DNA of 64,000 nucleotides. Origin: Microthyrium microscopicum (Eukaryota). The notes beneath the pieces were generated by a model. It was not told where the DNA came from. It worked only from the letters and a program-made list of their open reading frames with translations, and ran no database searches. The stretch is from contig MU004237.1 in NCBI GenBank assembly GCA_010405405.1, positions 941,345 through 1,005,344 on the forward strand. Reading direction: 5' to 3'. Shown here in pieces: positions 12,546 to 25,561 of the stretch. Position 1 is the stretch's first letter; every line of letters begins with the position of its first letter. Position numbers and translations under genes: made by a program.

Positions 12546-13448
12546 ATGCAGCTCAAATTTGTCACCCTCGATGTCTTCCACACAACTCGCTTCCTTGGAA
12601 ATCCCTTGGCCATTATCCATATCCCAAGCAATTTGAATGTCTCCCAAGAGCAAAAGCAAAAGATCGCTTTCGAGTTCAATCTCTCAGAGTCCGTTTTCTT
12701 GCACGAACAAACACCAGACGACATCAAGGCTCGCCAAGTTCGCATTGACATATTCACCCGGAACGCCGAGATACCATTTGCTGGACATCCAACCATTGGC
12801 ACTGCAAACTATCTAGCCCATGATCTCAAGAACAATGGTGCAAACACACTCATCACCAAGGCCGGACCTATCCCAATCACAGCACTCGCCGATCCGACTG
12901 GCGATTCCAAAGGAGTAGCAATTAACCTTGCGCATGATGTCCACATACACGCAGCTCCGTACGCTCACACGCCATATGGCAACTATCCAGTAGTAAGCAT
13001 CGTCAATGGGATGACCTTCATTCTAGTCAAAGTGGACAGTAATGAAGTGCTTGGAGCGAAGAAGTCTGGCGGCATCAAAATGGACAGAGAGGAAGCTGTT
13101 CAGCATCTGGACGAAGGTTGGCGATATGGTCTGGTTGGGACCTATTTTTACGTCGATGGAGGTAAAGATAGTTCTGGTGCAAGAATGCTGAGAACTCGCA
13201 TGTTTGGAACTGCAGACGATTCTGCAGAAGATCCTGCAACAGGGAGTGCTGCAAGTGCGCTCTGCTCGTACCTGACGTTGACGGAAAAGTCGCCACCTAC
13301 CAGTTATGTACTGAATCAAGGGGTTGAGATGGGAAGGTCTAGTTTCATTGCGGTCAAAGTCACGGCCTCAGATGACCATGAAAGTATCAAGGAGGTGATT
13401 TTGTCCGGTAGCGCTGTCAAGGTCATGAGTGGATCTATCGAAGTTTGA
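12546..13448 (+). CDS. PhzF/PhzC-like (diaminopimelate-epimerase fold) isomerase
   Basis: DVF..GNPLA, NLSESVF, EIPFAGHPTIG, EDPATGSA and QGVEMGR motifs. Intronless. Confidence 0.92.
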   Translation: MQLKFVTLDVFHTTRFLGNPLAIIHIPSNLNVSQEQKQKIAFEFNLSESVFLHEQTPDDIKARQVRIDIFTRNAEIPFAGHPTIGTANYLAHDLKNNGANTLITKAGPIPITALADPTGDSKGVAINLAHDVHIHAAPYAHTPYGNYPVVSIVNGMTFILVKVDSNEVLGAKKSGGIKMDREEAVQHLDEGWRYGLVGTYFYVDGGKDSSGARMLRTRMFGTADDSAEDPATGSAASALCSYLTLTEKSPPTSYVLNQGVEMGRSSFIAVKVTASDDHESIKEVILSGSAVKVMSGSIEV

Positions 13449-14086
13449 ACGGCCTGTCGCACTGCAAACGTGAGGAACAGGAAAGGAAAGCCACTAGATA
13501 CTGGACATCATGTCCAAAAATAATGATAATCAAGAACTTACCCCTTTTCCTCTTGCTTCGGTACCTAGTAGGTAATTGTTGAGGAACCATCCTCGACGCG
13601 ACGTGACGACAGTGGACCTTGCACTGGTATCCGTAACCTCCCAGAAGTCTGTGATCAGCTGAAGTGAAGTGAAGGAGTATCAACAACCGAATTCTCGCGA
13701 GCGACCACACGAGATGCTTTGTTGCATCACCGTAGAATGAAGGCGGTTCAATGTTGCAAAATGCTCGTCTCGAACCAATCATAAGTCACGCCTGCTGTAA
13801 ATTCTCTCATTGGTCAACAATCAACCAACCAAACCCCGTCTTTTCTTGGCACTACACGCGCGCTTGCTTTGTTTGCGAATAGCGTCATCTTTCCGTCCAG
13901 TCTTCCTTTAGGTATCACCCAGTCGCACTCCACACCTTAGACTCCGAGACTATCCAACGCAAGTGCTGTATTGGTCTTGGCCCTTTATATTTATCTCTCT
14001 CTCTGGCCATGGGCAAATCTTCTTGATTGTCTCGACAATTCGTCATATACGCTCCTTTGTTCCTATCGATCATCAACTGTATCAAC

Positions 14087-15947
14087 ATGGCGCCGGATGA
14101 TGTCTCTCGCATTGACAAGCGGGACTTTGACCAATCTAGAAGACCTCTCCTAGGCAATGGTGATCATCGAGCAGATCCATCTCCGGACCATAGCGTGGCT
14201 CCGAGTATTGCGGGAAGCTTCTTTGAGCAGGTTGCCGAGGGAATACAGGAACGTGATCGGGAAAAGATGCAGACAGAGGTCACTCGATATGTGAGCTTTG
14301 CAGTTGCGGTACTCTGCTGGTAAATATCGCTGCTATCCCCTTCTGACCTATTACTAATGCTTGTATAGCTTATGTTGTGGATCGATTACCGCCTACTCAT
14401 TGTATGGGCATCTCTTCATGTCGCATCTCAAATATAGCCAAGGCGCCGTCAACATCATCTCCATCGCTGCCGAACTAGCCTTGTACCTCCCAGTCACAGC
14501 CTTCGGATATTTATGCGATCGAAGCGGTCCTCGGATGCCCTCTATACTTGCTGGTCTGTTCTTTGGTGGTGGTTATTTCACTGCTGCCATGGTATATCAT
14601 GCTGGTCCACCACCACAGTTTGGAGGGAGCGGATGGCCATTTTGGATGATGGTTGTCGCATTCGTCGCAATTGGTATGGGAACAAGTTGCATGTACATGG
14701 CTGCAGTGAGCACATGCGCCAAGAACTTTGGTCGTGGAAAGAACAAAGGCATCGCGCTGGCTTGTCCAATTGCTGCGTTTGGGCTATCAGGCATGTTGGT
14801 TAGCCAGATCGGGAGCCGGATACTTTATGTGACCAAACCGAATGGAGGCCGTGGAGATGTCGATGTTTTCAAATTCTTCATGTTCCTGGCCGTCACTCTA
14901 TTCATCATGGGAGTCGTTGGTGGCTTTGGTTTCCGCATTGTCGATGAGAGCGAAATGATTGAAGAAGCCATAGGTGATTTGGAGCAAAGTGGCCTTCTCC
15001 GGGGCGACGAGTTCTTTGAAGAAGCAGCTCACCATCATGGCTATGGGACAATGGCGCGGCAGGACCTGTCAAGATCTACAGTCGATTTTCTTCTCACTGA
15101 GGCCGAAGAACTGAAGAAAGCAGAAACCGAACGAAAGGCAAGAAAAGACTGGCTTCTTAATGGAGAAACACGTCGATTCTTGTCCGACCATACTATGTGG
15201 TGGCTTGCGGCTGGATTCTTCCTCATTACCGGGCCGGGCGAAGCATTTATCAACAACGTAGGCACGATCATTGGCACATTATATCCACCATCCATGTCCG
15301 CAGAGGACATACCTACTACCGCAGCAACGCATGTCTCCATCATTGCTATCACATCAACGATATCCCGCTTATTTACAGGCACTCTCAGCGATTTCCTTGC
15401 TCCTCTTTCAGAACCACATCAACATAACCGTGGCCCAGCATCACTGGCAAACTCCTTTAGCAGCCTGCCACCACGCAAAAGATCCATTTCTCGCATGTGG
15501 TTCCTCCTCACATTCGCCATCCTCCTCTCCATCGGCCAAGCGCTCCTCGCTTCCGGCCTCATTCAAAACCACGGTTCTCGGTTCTGGCTAGTCTCAGCGC
15601 TCATTGGCGGTGGCTACGGCGCAGTTTTCAGCCTAACGCCTATCATCATCAGCGTTGTATGGGGTGTCGAGAACTTTGCCACCAACTGGGGTATAGTGGC
15701 TACAGTGCCAGCCGGCGGTGCTGCCGTATGGAGCATAGTGTATTCTGCTGTGTACGAATACGGCGCACGTCCAACACCAGTTGATGGCTCACCACCTGAG
15801 TTTGAAAGAGACCGATTATGCTATGGCACCAAGTGCTACGCCTCGACATTCTGGGCCATGTCAGTGAGTGTCTGGATCGCTTGTGGACTATGGATCTTCG
15901 CGTGGCGAGGACCGAGTGGTTGGAAGAGTAGAGGTGTTGCCTTATGA
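14087..15947 (+). CDS. MCH1: MFS transporter, Mch1/nodulin-like monocarboxylate family
   Basis: GSITAYSLY, GYLCD, CAKNF, PIAAFGLSG, GPGEAFINNVG and WGVENFATNWG. One intron at about 14320-14368. Confidence 0.82.
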
Positions 15948-16052
15948 ACGAAAACCTAGAATAGATCATTTGTTTTATAGCATAGCAATCGAGGAGCTTT
16001 GGGATTATCAAGAGAAGTTGCTTTCATATCTCATTGCATATTTTTTTCTAAA

Positions 16053-16919
16053 CTAAGATCCACCACTAGCTGCTCCAGCCATCATGGCAAACTGCGCAGC
16101 TCGACGTCGATCAAGCTCCTTTTTCAACATCATAATACAGCTGGCTACAATCAACTCTTCTGGAATACCTAACCCTTTCGCCGCAAGCTCATCGATTGCT
16201 AGCGCACCACCCTTGCCGGCCGTCATATATCCAGTTCCTGCAGTCCGATTCTCCTCGTCGCGAAGAAGGCGTGCCACTCGAGTGATATCGTCTTTGTCTT
16301 TACCTTGCACTTCCAGTACAAGCAAAGAACATTTCTTCGTCTTGTCTTTCGACTTGGACCCATCCTTCTCCGCCATTTCGTTGGCCATTGTAGCGGATGG
16401 ATCAGAACTCGTCTGAACAAGTTCCTTCCGATTAACCCAGTCAAAGTTAATAGGCACAGCCGCATATGAAAACCGCTGCGTTCTCGACGTCCACTTCCCC
16501 GAAACCAACACCTCATTCACACCCTCTCTGCCCTGCAGCATCGTCATCGTCGGCTCCCTCATCGGCCCAAATTTGTAGTTGGAAGCCACCAGATCTCCTC
16601 TGCCTGGTGCGGAGAGGATGGCGTTGCCGGAACTGCGTTTCTCGCGTGTGGACGTATACGCCAAACTGCCATCGGAGTTGTAGATTGGAATCTCGAGCTC
16701 CTTAGAGGGGATCGGCAGATGAATGAGCTCAACTCCACGTGCGTTGATACGGAATGTTTTGGACGGGTTGAATGATGTGCTGTAGGGTGGGACGGTGGAG
16801 TCGCCTGAGTGAACGGAGGAGGATTCTAGGTCTTTTTGGTCTTGAATGGACAGGTTCTTGATATCGGGGTCTAGATCTTCGAAGGAGGGAGATGTGTGGT
16901 ATGATGGTGGTGCAGACAT
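16053..16919 (-). CDS. Conserved fungal hypothetical protein (N-terminal PPSY, C-terminal VASCIMMLKKELDRRR)
   Basis: 288-aa open frame with coding-like composition. The C-terminus resembles a common fungal hypothetical family. Confidence 0.75.
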   Translation of the reverse strand: MSAPPSYHTSPSFEDLDPDIKNLSIQDQKDLESSSVHSGDSTVPPYSTSFNPSKTFRINARGVELIHLPIPSKELEIPIYNSDGSLAYTSTREKRSSGNAILSAPGRGDLVASNYKFGPMREPTMTMLQGREGVNEVLVSGKWTSRTQRFSYAAVPINFDWVNRKELVQTSSDPSATMANEMAEKDGSKSKDKTKKCSLLVLEVQGKDKDDITRVARLLRDEENRTAGTGYMTAGKGGALAIDELAAKGLGIPEELIVASCIMMLKKELDRRRAAQFAMMAGAASGGS

Positions 16920-17727
16920 CGTTGTTTGATTGGGTGTGATTGGAATAGTTTATGCTTGAGAAATCGGTCGCTGATATACCTTTGGAGTCAAGACCAGTTC
17001 GGCTGAATATAGTCTGGCACATTATATACGTCTTAAGTCTGTGAGTCGATCTTTTCTTGTGGTGTGTATATATATGGCAACAGATTCAGCCTCGTACTTG
17101 TACCTTTGTTTCTATAAATGGGTGAACTTTGTCTTAGCATAGTACTGATGACGCAAAACTGAACATCCAAGATCTTGGCCACAATTAAAGCCATTCAAAT
17201 TCACTAGTAGGCACAATCTATTTGTTGATATGACGATGTAGATTTGAAGTACATCGTGAGCAAGGATCAACACGAGGCAAACCAGCAAGGCTCAGCACGA
17301 GAATCGCCAATGAGCGCGTCAACTGTGTACCAACCTCTTGGAAGATACGATCGGCGATACCGAGGCAAAGATAGAATACTTGCACTGTATCACGATCCAC
17401 GAGTGTCGACTAGAGGCAACTATAACCTTGGGTTTTGATGCTGTGACAGGAATACAAGAGGTTCATGTTGCAAAGGAGAGGATGGCGTGTGCCTGAGGAC
17501 CTGCAGCATAGTAAGCACTTGTAAATGTCAAAGTACCTTACTCAAACCTTTCATCCAACCTCCTTCTTCAGACTTGATTTAATCATCAAAAGTCGTGAAG
17601 CGACAGGTTATGACCGCTTGTTTCAAAAATTGTGGATATATCGTGGTAATTTCATAAGTTTCCATGCTTGAACCTAGATGTTGACAACTTCCCTGATCAG
17701 TGCCGACTACTGAGATAGTACCACATC

Positions 17728-19228
17728 ATGTTCCTTCTCCTTGGTGGGTTGGGCCTCCTTGTGGTTGTTCTTCTGTATTTTAGACACGTTGAACGTGGTC
17801 TCAATGCGTTTCCCGCGGAAGTCCAAGCATTAGCTCCCCACCGATTTACCGACGACGAGATCAAACAAACCTACAACAGCATCTCGAAAACTCCAATCGA
17901 CTTTACACCTCACCTACCTCCAAAACTCGACCGCCGATATGTTATTGTTGGCGGATCCGGCCTTGTTGGGGGATCCATAATTTTGCACTTGCTGGCTCGT
18001 GGTCAACGTCCCGAGAGCATCCGCAACATCGACTTTCGAAAACCTCTACGAGGAGATCTCCTTCATGGCGCCGCAACTGAAATTGGCTTTGCTCAAGCCG
18101 ACATCACCAACAGCGAGTCGATCCGAGCTGTCTTTAATAAACCATGGCCTTCCTCCGTCGCGAACCTGCCCCTTACCGTCTTTCACACTGCCGCAGTGAT
18201 CCGACCTCAAGACCGCGCTCGAATCTTATACTCTTTGGTATCTCGCGTCAACGTCGTGGGATGTGCCAATACAATTGCAGCCGCAAAGGCAGCAGGCGCG
18301 TCAGTCTTCATCAGTACTTCATCAGGCTCGATTTCGCTCCGGCCATTGGATATATGGATCCCGCCATGGCGCAAGCATCCAAAGATGCTGGTGCAGCCGT
18401 ATCCTGATCCGGATAAAGACAACAATATTCGACCGCATGGACAATATTTTGGCAACTACGCAGAGTCGAAAGCTCACGGAGAAAAATTGACATTAAGTGC
18501 CAACACGAAAGACTTTCGCACGGGATGCATTAGACCAGCTTGTGGAGTGTACGGAAATATGTGTGATCTCACATTGTGGCAATACATGAAAGCGGGCACA
18601 GTCCCTACGTAAGTCATTGTTATAACGAAAAAGAATTGTCTTTTGCTGAGCTAAATGGTGCAATAGTTGGGTCCCTCATATCGTCAATTCCTTCGTACAC
18701 GCCGAAAACGTATCGCTCGCCCACCTTCTTCACGAACGCGCAATCCTTCGATCTCCAGAGAAAACGTCGGGTCGCGCATACACTGTCACAGATCCCGGAC
18801 AAGCTGTGACATTTGGCGATATCTATAATCTGCTTACAGTCCTCACTGGCTTCCGTGTAATCGTTACTCCTCACTTGCCGATACTCTTTATTGCTCACTT
18901 GATCGAGGCATATACTCTTACTCGGGCTTATTTACCTTGGCTTCAGGTAGTATTGCCCGAGATAATTGGCGATGTGCGTCAGTTACAGCCGTCGTTGTTC
19001 AATATCAGTGGCCCACATCAAGTTGCCAGTAATGAGCAAGCGAGTCTTGCACCAGAGAAGGGAGGAATCGGGTACAAGGGCGTATGCACCAGCATCGAAG
19101 GCATGTGCTGGGAAGCCAAAATGTGGAATGATGAAATCGGTCGAACGAAGCAACCCGACGGAGAAATTGACACGATCGTCAAAGGTATCAAGAACGTGGG
19201 CGAAGTTGCTGCTGCTCACAAAGCATAA
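17728..19228 (+). CDS. 3-beta-hydroxysteroid dehydrogenase / NAD-dependent epimerase family (extended SDR) with N-terminal membrane anchor
   Basis: GGSGLVG, VFHTAA, STSS and YAESK motifs. Intron at about 18609-18666. Confidence 0.88.
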
Positions 19229-19380
19229 CCTTATTCAAAACAACAAGATATGGAGAAACGTGGTGAAGTATGTACATAACTCATATTGCCAACTACCTGT
19301 TACTGAAGCTGCCGTATATAGAGTCACACCAATCATGATATATACATCATACACCCCAACCAAACCAATCAACCCCATCA

Positions 19381-20808
19381 TTATCGTGATTTCGGTCGTT
19401 GCAGATTCCACGTTACATTCGTCTTCTCCTCTTCCAATGGACTCACTGGACTAACCGGGCTAACCGCAGGCAGTGTCGGCGGTGGGCCCATCGGCACCGG
19501 TTTACGCGGTATATATCGCCAGTACGGATGTATCCTATCAAACGCCATACTGTTCGGCCTTCTTCCCTCAAACCCCCTCCCGCCCGCAAAACCACCACCG
19601 CCGTATCGACCAGGCCCATCATGACCATTCCATTGCCAATTCGAATTAGGCACGCCGTACATGCCTGGTCCCGCCGTCCACCGTCTATTCATCGCCATAC
19701 TTGTTGGCCGCTGCGGACCAGGCACAGGTCCAAAGCCGTTATGGCCATAGGCGTTAGACGCAATGTTGTTGTTCTTGCTGATATTCATCCAGCGTGGATC
19801 ACTTGTACTACGGCGCCGGGCGGAGACTGCGCGCGAGAGTGGATGTTCGGGGACCTCGTGGACGGGATCGAGCGTCATACTTAGCCGTTGACGTCTTATC
19901 ATTTCACGTTCTCGATCACGGTCGTGATAACCCATGGCGCCAAGTCCATTGTCGAAGGGGTCGTTAGGTACATATGCGTATTCGCTGTGTCGGCGGCCGC
20001 CTATGCTGCTGATTTGGTGGGGTGCTGGGAGGGGCGGGTAGGCTGGTTCTCTAAAGGGTTCTCCGCGGCTGTGTTCGCGGCTGTGAGTGTTCAGGGCCCA
20101 TGGATCGCGGATTGAGAGGGCGCGAAAGTTTTCGGGTGGTGGGGATATGTCGCGCGTGCCGGTGGAGGATTCGGAGCTGTTTTCTTTGGGTTCGTTGGCT
20201 GTTCCGGGGCCACCGCTGCCGACGAATGTATCGTCATCGGATCTGAGGGATGGTGTGCTTGAGCGGCGCGCAAAGACGGCGCCGTATTTCTGGCGTCGGC
20301 GGATGCAGAGAAATATGAGTAGGAGGAGGAGGGCGAGGGTGACGAAGCCGAGGACTGAGCCGAGGACTATGGGGAGGATATGGTCTCTGTTGGCTGATCT
20401 CACTATTGGTGATGAGGTGGACGATGCAGCGGAGGCGGTGGTTGATGAAGATGTAGGAGAGGCTGTTTCCGTGGCCGAACCTGGATAGAGGAGAGATTGG
20501 GTTGTTTTGGTTGATGATGATGTCGAAGAAAGCGTACTCGATTGTGTTGACGATGATACCTTTGAACTTAGTGTGTTTGATGTGGTCGATGTGGTCGATG
20601 TTTTACTCGGAGAGCTTGAACTGGTGCTAGTTCTACTGGAACTGGTTATACTCGTGCTCGTAGTCGTACTGGTGGGTGACGGATCCTCTGTTGGCAGGAT
20701 AGAACTGATCGCTGACAATCCAGCGCTCAACAGTGAGTTGACATCGGAATCTAATTGTCTTTCCACCAACACAGCTCGAGACTGGGGAACTGGTGTGATC
20801 TGAGCCAT
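19381..20808 (-). CDS. Single-pass membrane protein with Ser/Thr-rich ectodomain (Mid2/Wsc-like architecture); start uncertain
   Basis: S/T-rich tract, TM segment ILPIVLGSVLGFVTLALLLLLIFLCI followed by RRRQK, and a low-complexity cytoplasmic tail. Confidence 0.75.
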   Translation of the reverse strand: MAQITPVPQSRAVLVERQLDSDVNSLLSAGLSAISSILPTEDPSPTSTTTSTSITSSSRTSTSSSSPSKTSTTSTTSNTLSSKVSSSTQSSTLSSTSSSTKTTQSLLYPGSATETASPTSSSTTASAASSTSSPIVRSANRDHILPIVLGSVLGFVTLALLLLLIFLCIRRRQKYGAVFARRSSTPSLRSDDDTFVGSGGPGTANEPKENSSESSTGTRDISPPPENFRALSIRDPWALNTHSREHSRGEPFREPAYPPLPAPHQISSIGGRRHSEYAYVPNDPFDNGLGAMGYHDRDREREMIRRQRLSMTLDPVHEVPEHPLSRAVSARRRSTSDPRWMNISKNNNIASNAYGHNGFGPVPGPQRPTSMAMNRRWTAGPGMYGVPNSNWQWNGHDGPGRYGGGGFAGGRGFEGRRPNSMAFDRIHPYWRYIPRKPVPMGPPPTLPAVSPVSPVSPLEEEKTNVTWNLQRPKSR

Positions 20809-23033
20809 GATATGATTCCCAGCTCTTTCTCCAGTTCCAGGATCGCCTGGAGATTTTTTCTCAGGCACTACAGATGTTTCCTGTAGTCTCTATGCCACAA
20901 CCGAAACGAAGGCAAAAAGTACCTATCCCCTGGAGGCCATACAGCTACCGCGAGGGGACATGGTACGCCTTTAGAGGCTGAATATTGACCCCAAACAGAA
21001 CATCAAACACTAAAGTCAATAAATCTCCAGCATCTCAAAGCTCGCTAGCTTTTCTTTCCCATACGCTACTGGTCCAGCACAAGGGACGCTCCGGTACAGA
21101 GGTCTTTCAATAGGGTTGTGAAGCGTTATCACTCTGACCTATTCCACAACAACCATTTACGCGAATAACTTAATAGGGCCTTTTCAGAGCACGCCCGCTT
21201 CCTACCAGAAATCAGACCGACGCTGGGAGCGCTCTGACGGGGCAATAGACGAGGGGAAGCTGGGCTCAAACAATTGTCATCGAAGCCCTCACTCAGGACA
21301 ACTCGGATAGAGAAAGCCTCACGATGGGCAGTTATTAAAAATGCAATAACTCGACATGTTAAGAATATCTGATTGTTAGTATTTAGGATCAAAAGGCTGA
21401 TCACAAACTGCTGCCAGCCCCGCAGTTTTGTCCGCCCTGAGCGACGTTGTGGACCAGATATCGCATTCTTAACCTCTTAGAACTAGAACTAGTTGAGAAA
21501 CAATCATGCGTCTGTGAAGGTGACTACCAATTACAGCCTCAGAGAGGGCCATTGATCGTCCATTAGGGTCTCCGCTGTGGGCCATGTTTGCCATATGAAC
21601 TTGAAGATTCTACCCTGGCAGGATTGACCAGCATAGCCAGGTGCGATATATTCCTCTCAGCCTCGAAACATGCATAAAGCGCGAGTAGAAACATGTTCTA
21701 AAGATGAAGACTGCAGGATTGTCGTTGGATCGTTGAGGAGAGGAAATCGATCTTGCCACAGCCTCCTATCTCACTTGCCACAGCAGAATTCCTGTTTCGT
21801 AATAATTGATCTTATTGACGCCACAATGCATATCCTTGCATTATCCGAGATCCAGGCGATCTTACTTCATTAGTCAACATATATACAAGATGATTTAGGC
21901 ACGCGGAGCATCGCACTCTAGCGAGCTTGAATGTTTATTCTGATCTACGATCTCGGATCCCGGAGCTCAAGGACGCCTGAGCCTGAATTCGATGCTGGAG
22001 CTGAGCGATTGACCGATAGCGATGACAGACTAAACGAGGATTATGATTATTTCACGAGTAACCAAAGGTTCAAGGACAGATTCAACATTATAATCTTCTT
22101 CCGAGTCCCTGTCTGCAATCATTCATCAACTAATTCTACAGTCTTGGATTGCTCAACATAATTCGTGCGCTGCCTCATCATACATACCTCTCTATCTACT
22201 AGCAACTTGTACAAGACCATCTCTCCAGGCGTATTTGTTATCTTGTTACCAGGTTCTGCCCGTTCTGGCACGACTGGAACTTCATTGCTGTCATCAATAC
22301 TGGAAGGCCCTTAACACACTTCCATGCAACCCATTTCTTTCGGACATTTCAGTGTAATTAGGAGAAGGTCACGGGAGAAGAAGTCACGCACACCAGCTTC
22401 CATGTCTTCTTAGGATGTTAGCCATTCAACTTCAAGCTCTTAGCATGATGATTGGGGGTTTTTGGTTGTCCCTGAAAAGATCAAAATGAGCAAGCTTACT
22501 CCATAGTCACTGATGACAGTGTGCGGTCAAGGAATGAACCTCAGGCCGTCACACATCATCGTTCTTACCATCTATGGCCTATTTTCCATGAACTTCCTTT
22601 GATTTTGAGGCTAATTTCACGCTAGCAAGTCACAAGTTCTGTAGTCTTCTGCTTTTATTACTTCCTCAGGCAGTATCGCTAAACTAAGTAGCAAAAACCT
22701 CAATGTTCGAGCGAATCGAAGAAACCATGAAAGTGACTAACAAGTCCTGGTGATGGTTCAAACCCTATCGCGCTTACCGTGTTTAATATCTCATCCTCAA
22801 CTGATGCCTTATACTCACTAGGCTAACCAAATCACTGGGCTCGCGAGCAGTGAAGTTACAGGAAACTAACATCATAAAACCTTATATATGTATTTCCTAC
22901 CGCTCTCTTCCTCTTCCACCAACCTCTCTCACAATTCCATACCTTCAAGTCCGAGTCCTACATAATTCCTTGGTACAATCACCCTTTCAAAATTTTCCAA
23001 CAACTTCCAAACCAGACCTCTCCAATCTCAAAA

Positions 23034-23502
23034 ATGCAATTCTTCAACGTCCTCTCCACTATCTTGGCCGCCATTGGCCTCGCCATGGCCACACCACTTC
23101 CCGCCTCTGAGCTCGTGGCTCGCAATGTCACCACCGCTCTCGACGACTACCCAGCAACCTGCAACAACGAGAAGCTCGACACCGGCAAGATGTGGCTAGC
23201 ATGGGCCCACATCCACGACCACATCGGACATCCTTGTGCCTTACCAGTACTGTCTCTCTCACTAGTCATCAGATCATTTGCTAACTTTTTCCCAGGCTGG
23301 TGACGGAACTGCTCAATTCGCCCACGAGGGTGGTGTCTTCGTCAGTGGACGCCGTTGGGGAAACGTGAACCAGGTGGATTGTGGCGACGTTGCTCAAGCT
23401 GTGTGGGACATCACTGCGGGCTGCGGCTCCCGAGGCGGCTCTAAGGGTGCGACTGCTGGACCAAACACTATCGTCGTCCATGTCGCTAGTCACTGGGTCT
23501 AG
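23034..23502 (+). CDS. Small secreted cysteine-containing protein (effector-like, about 139 aa)
   Basis: Signal peptide MQFFNVLSTILAAIGLAMA, then a TP..ELVAR propeptide. Intron at about 23248-23296 (GTACTG..GCTAAC..CAG) joins ORFs 23034 and 23278. Four Cys residues. Confidence 0.8.
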
Positions 23503-25561
23503 ACGAACTGCGGGAGGAACTTTGAGCTTGGGCGCCTGAGTCTAGGCAAATTTCAAGGTTACTTCAAGGGTGGGTGATATCATGGCAGGAATTGGCCGTT
23601 GTGAATGTTGTTAGATTGAAGCCATAAGAAATACAATGAGTGCTTCTTCCAATTAAATCAGCATCCAACCGTGCTAAACGTCAGCCATTGTTCTAAGGCA
23701 AACCATCTTTACAGTGAATAGCACTGTTATGAAGTTGTTCGGCCTCGTACATGATGAATTTCATTCTTCAAGCATTTCGTTGTCAGGATCACCTGGTGAT
23801 TCAACTGGATAAAGTGGCTGGGGATTACATTCTGTCTAAGAGGTAGAAATAGTCGTCTGGCACAATATCTTTCTCGCGGATTACGCAAAAACTTGATGGG
23901 AACCGTCTATTTTGCCCAAGATTTTCTTGAACCTAGATTATTAATAGGAATAAAAATGGTGGGTCAAATTCACTTTCAATGTACTGTTATTCAATAGTTT
24001 TGATTCGACCAATTACTTGGTAATACTTGAACGATTCCTGCTGTTGATTGGATTGGCTGCAAGTGTCAGGATACAATTAGGTTTAGCGTGGCAGATATAA
24101 GGCTGACAGCCTTGCCACCCAACCACAATAAATGAGTTCGGCAAGAATAACTCCAGCTAGCATACTGTTTTTGCTACATACACCCTGGATTGACCCTACC
24201 AGCTTCCTGTGTTTCTATCTGGCCGAAATAACCCCCCAGCGCACTCAACTTGGTAAGTGTTCGAGGTAGAAAATTTCCACCTTGTTAGCACTTTAACACT
24301 ACAAGCTATGTTGAATTGTTGGCTATCGCAAGCCAGAAAACTATCTGAACCTCGCGCATGTTGGTAGCAAAAAAAACTGTCGGCTCTGTCGCTCCCGAAG
24401 TAACAATTGTCTCTACCAACTATTCAGATCGCAGATCTTTAGCTTCACAACTAGCGAGACCAGAATATTATCAATTTATCTAAATTCCCGTTCGAGGGCT
24501 CGTTCATTGGCTTGTAGTCTCCAGGTACCAGTTCCCGATACAACTGCCCAAACTCCGTTTCAATTTGCTCGGCTTTAGTATCATATCCCGGCCTTTTCAG
24601 TGATCTGGCACGATTCAATACTGCTCTAGCCTTATGGTGGAGTGCGCCTTCTGCTGGCAGCGTGGTGGCGTTTCGTTGCTAAGCACTCCGGGTTGTAATG
24701 TTTCACACAGCTTAGCCATGCATAAGCTGACAGCCTTGCCATCCTACTATTGCACGTGTCTTTCTAAGCTGTTCCGAAATTCCCTATCATCAACTGCTAT
24801 TATTCCATTGTTCATGCTGTGAACAGCAGGATGTACTATGAATATTGTGAGGTATGTAGCTTGATAGATGCGAAGTCACATCGTGTTTACTTCACATAAG
24901 AACTACATGGCTTGACCGTACCATATCAATTTTCCTTATGGCTTATTTTCATTCCTTGAACTCGAGAATGAAAGGTACATTTCATATCACAACACTATGG
25001 CTGTTGTGATATTCTAGAGCTCAAGCGGTTTGAAGTGTAAGGTCATGAAGAGAAAAGAACGATGTAATTAGAAAAGTGGAGAACACTTCGAACATTGTTC
25101 GTAAAAATGTAGGACGAGCTTTAATAATTCGGTACGATGCCATCATAACTGCCCCTGACTGCCCGCTAAAGAAGCAGGTACGGTACCTAGGTAATCAAGA
25201 TTGAAATCAGCCGAAATCAGAGCATCGTAGTAAGACGGACACCGAGAGAAATTGTTCGAATAATGTCTTCATGTGGTACAGTATTGTTATTTCGATTCCT
25301 ATCTCCACGCGGATCCTCTGCAGTGCCGTTACTTCCTTGCAAATAATTTCTAAAAAATAAATCGAAAAGATGGAATTGATTAAAGACGAGTTCTATGGCA
25401 CCAAGCTCCTTAACTAAGCTTTTAGGACCTCAATAACAAATCCTCCCATTGACGAATAGAACTGCCACAGGGTTAGGGGGAAGACAACCTCTCATCCTTT
25501 TGAAGATGTCGCGTTTCCTTTTGTAAACTAATTTTTATTCATCTCAGAGTCTCATTGCATC

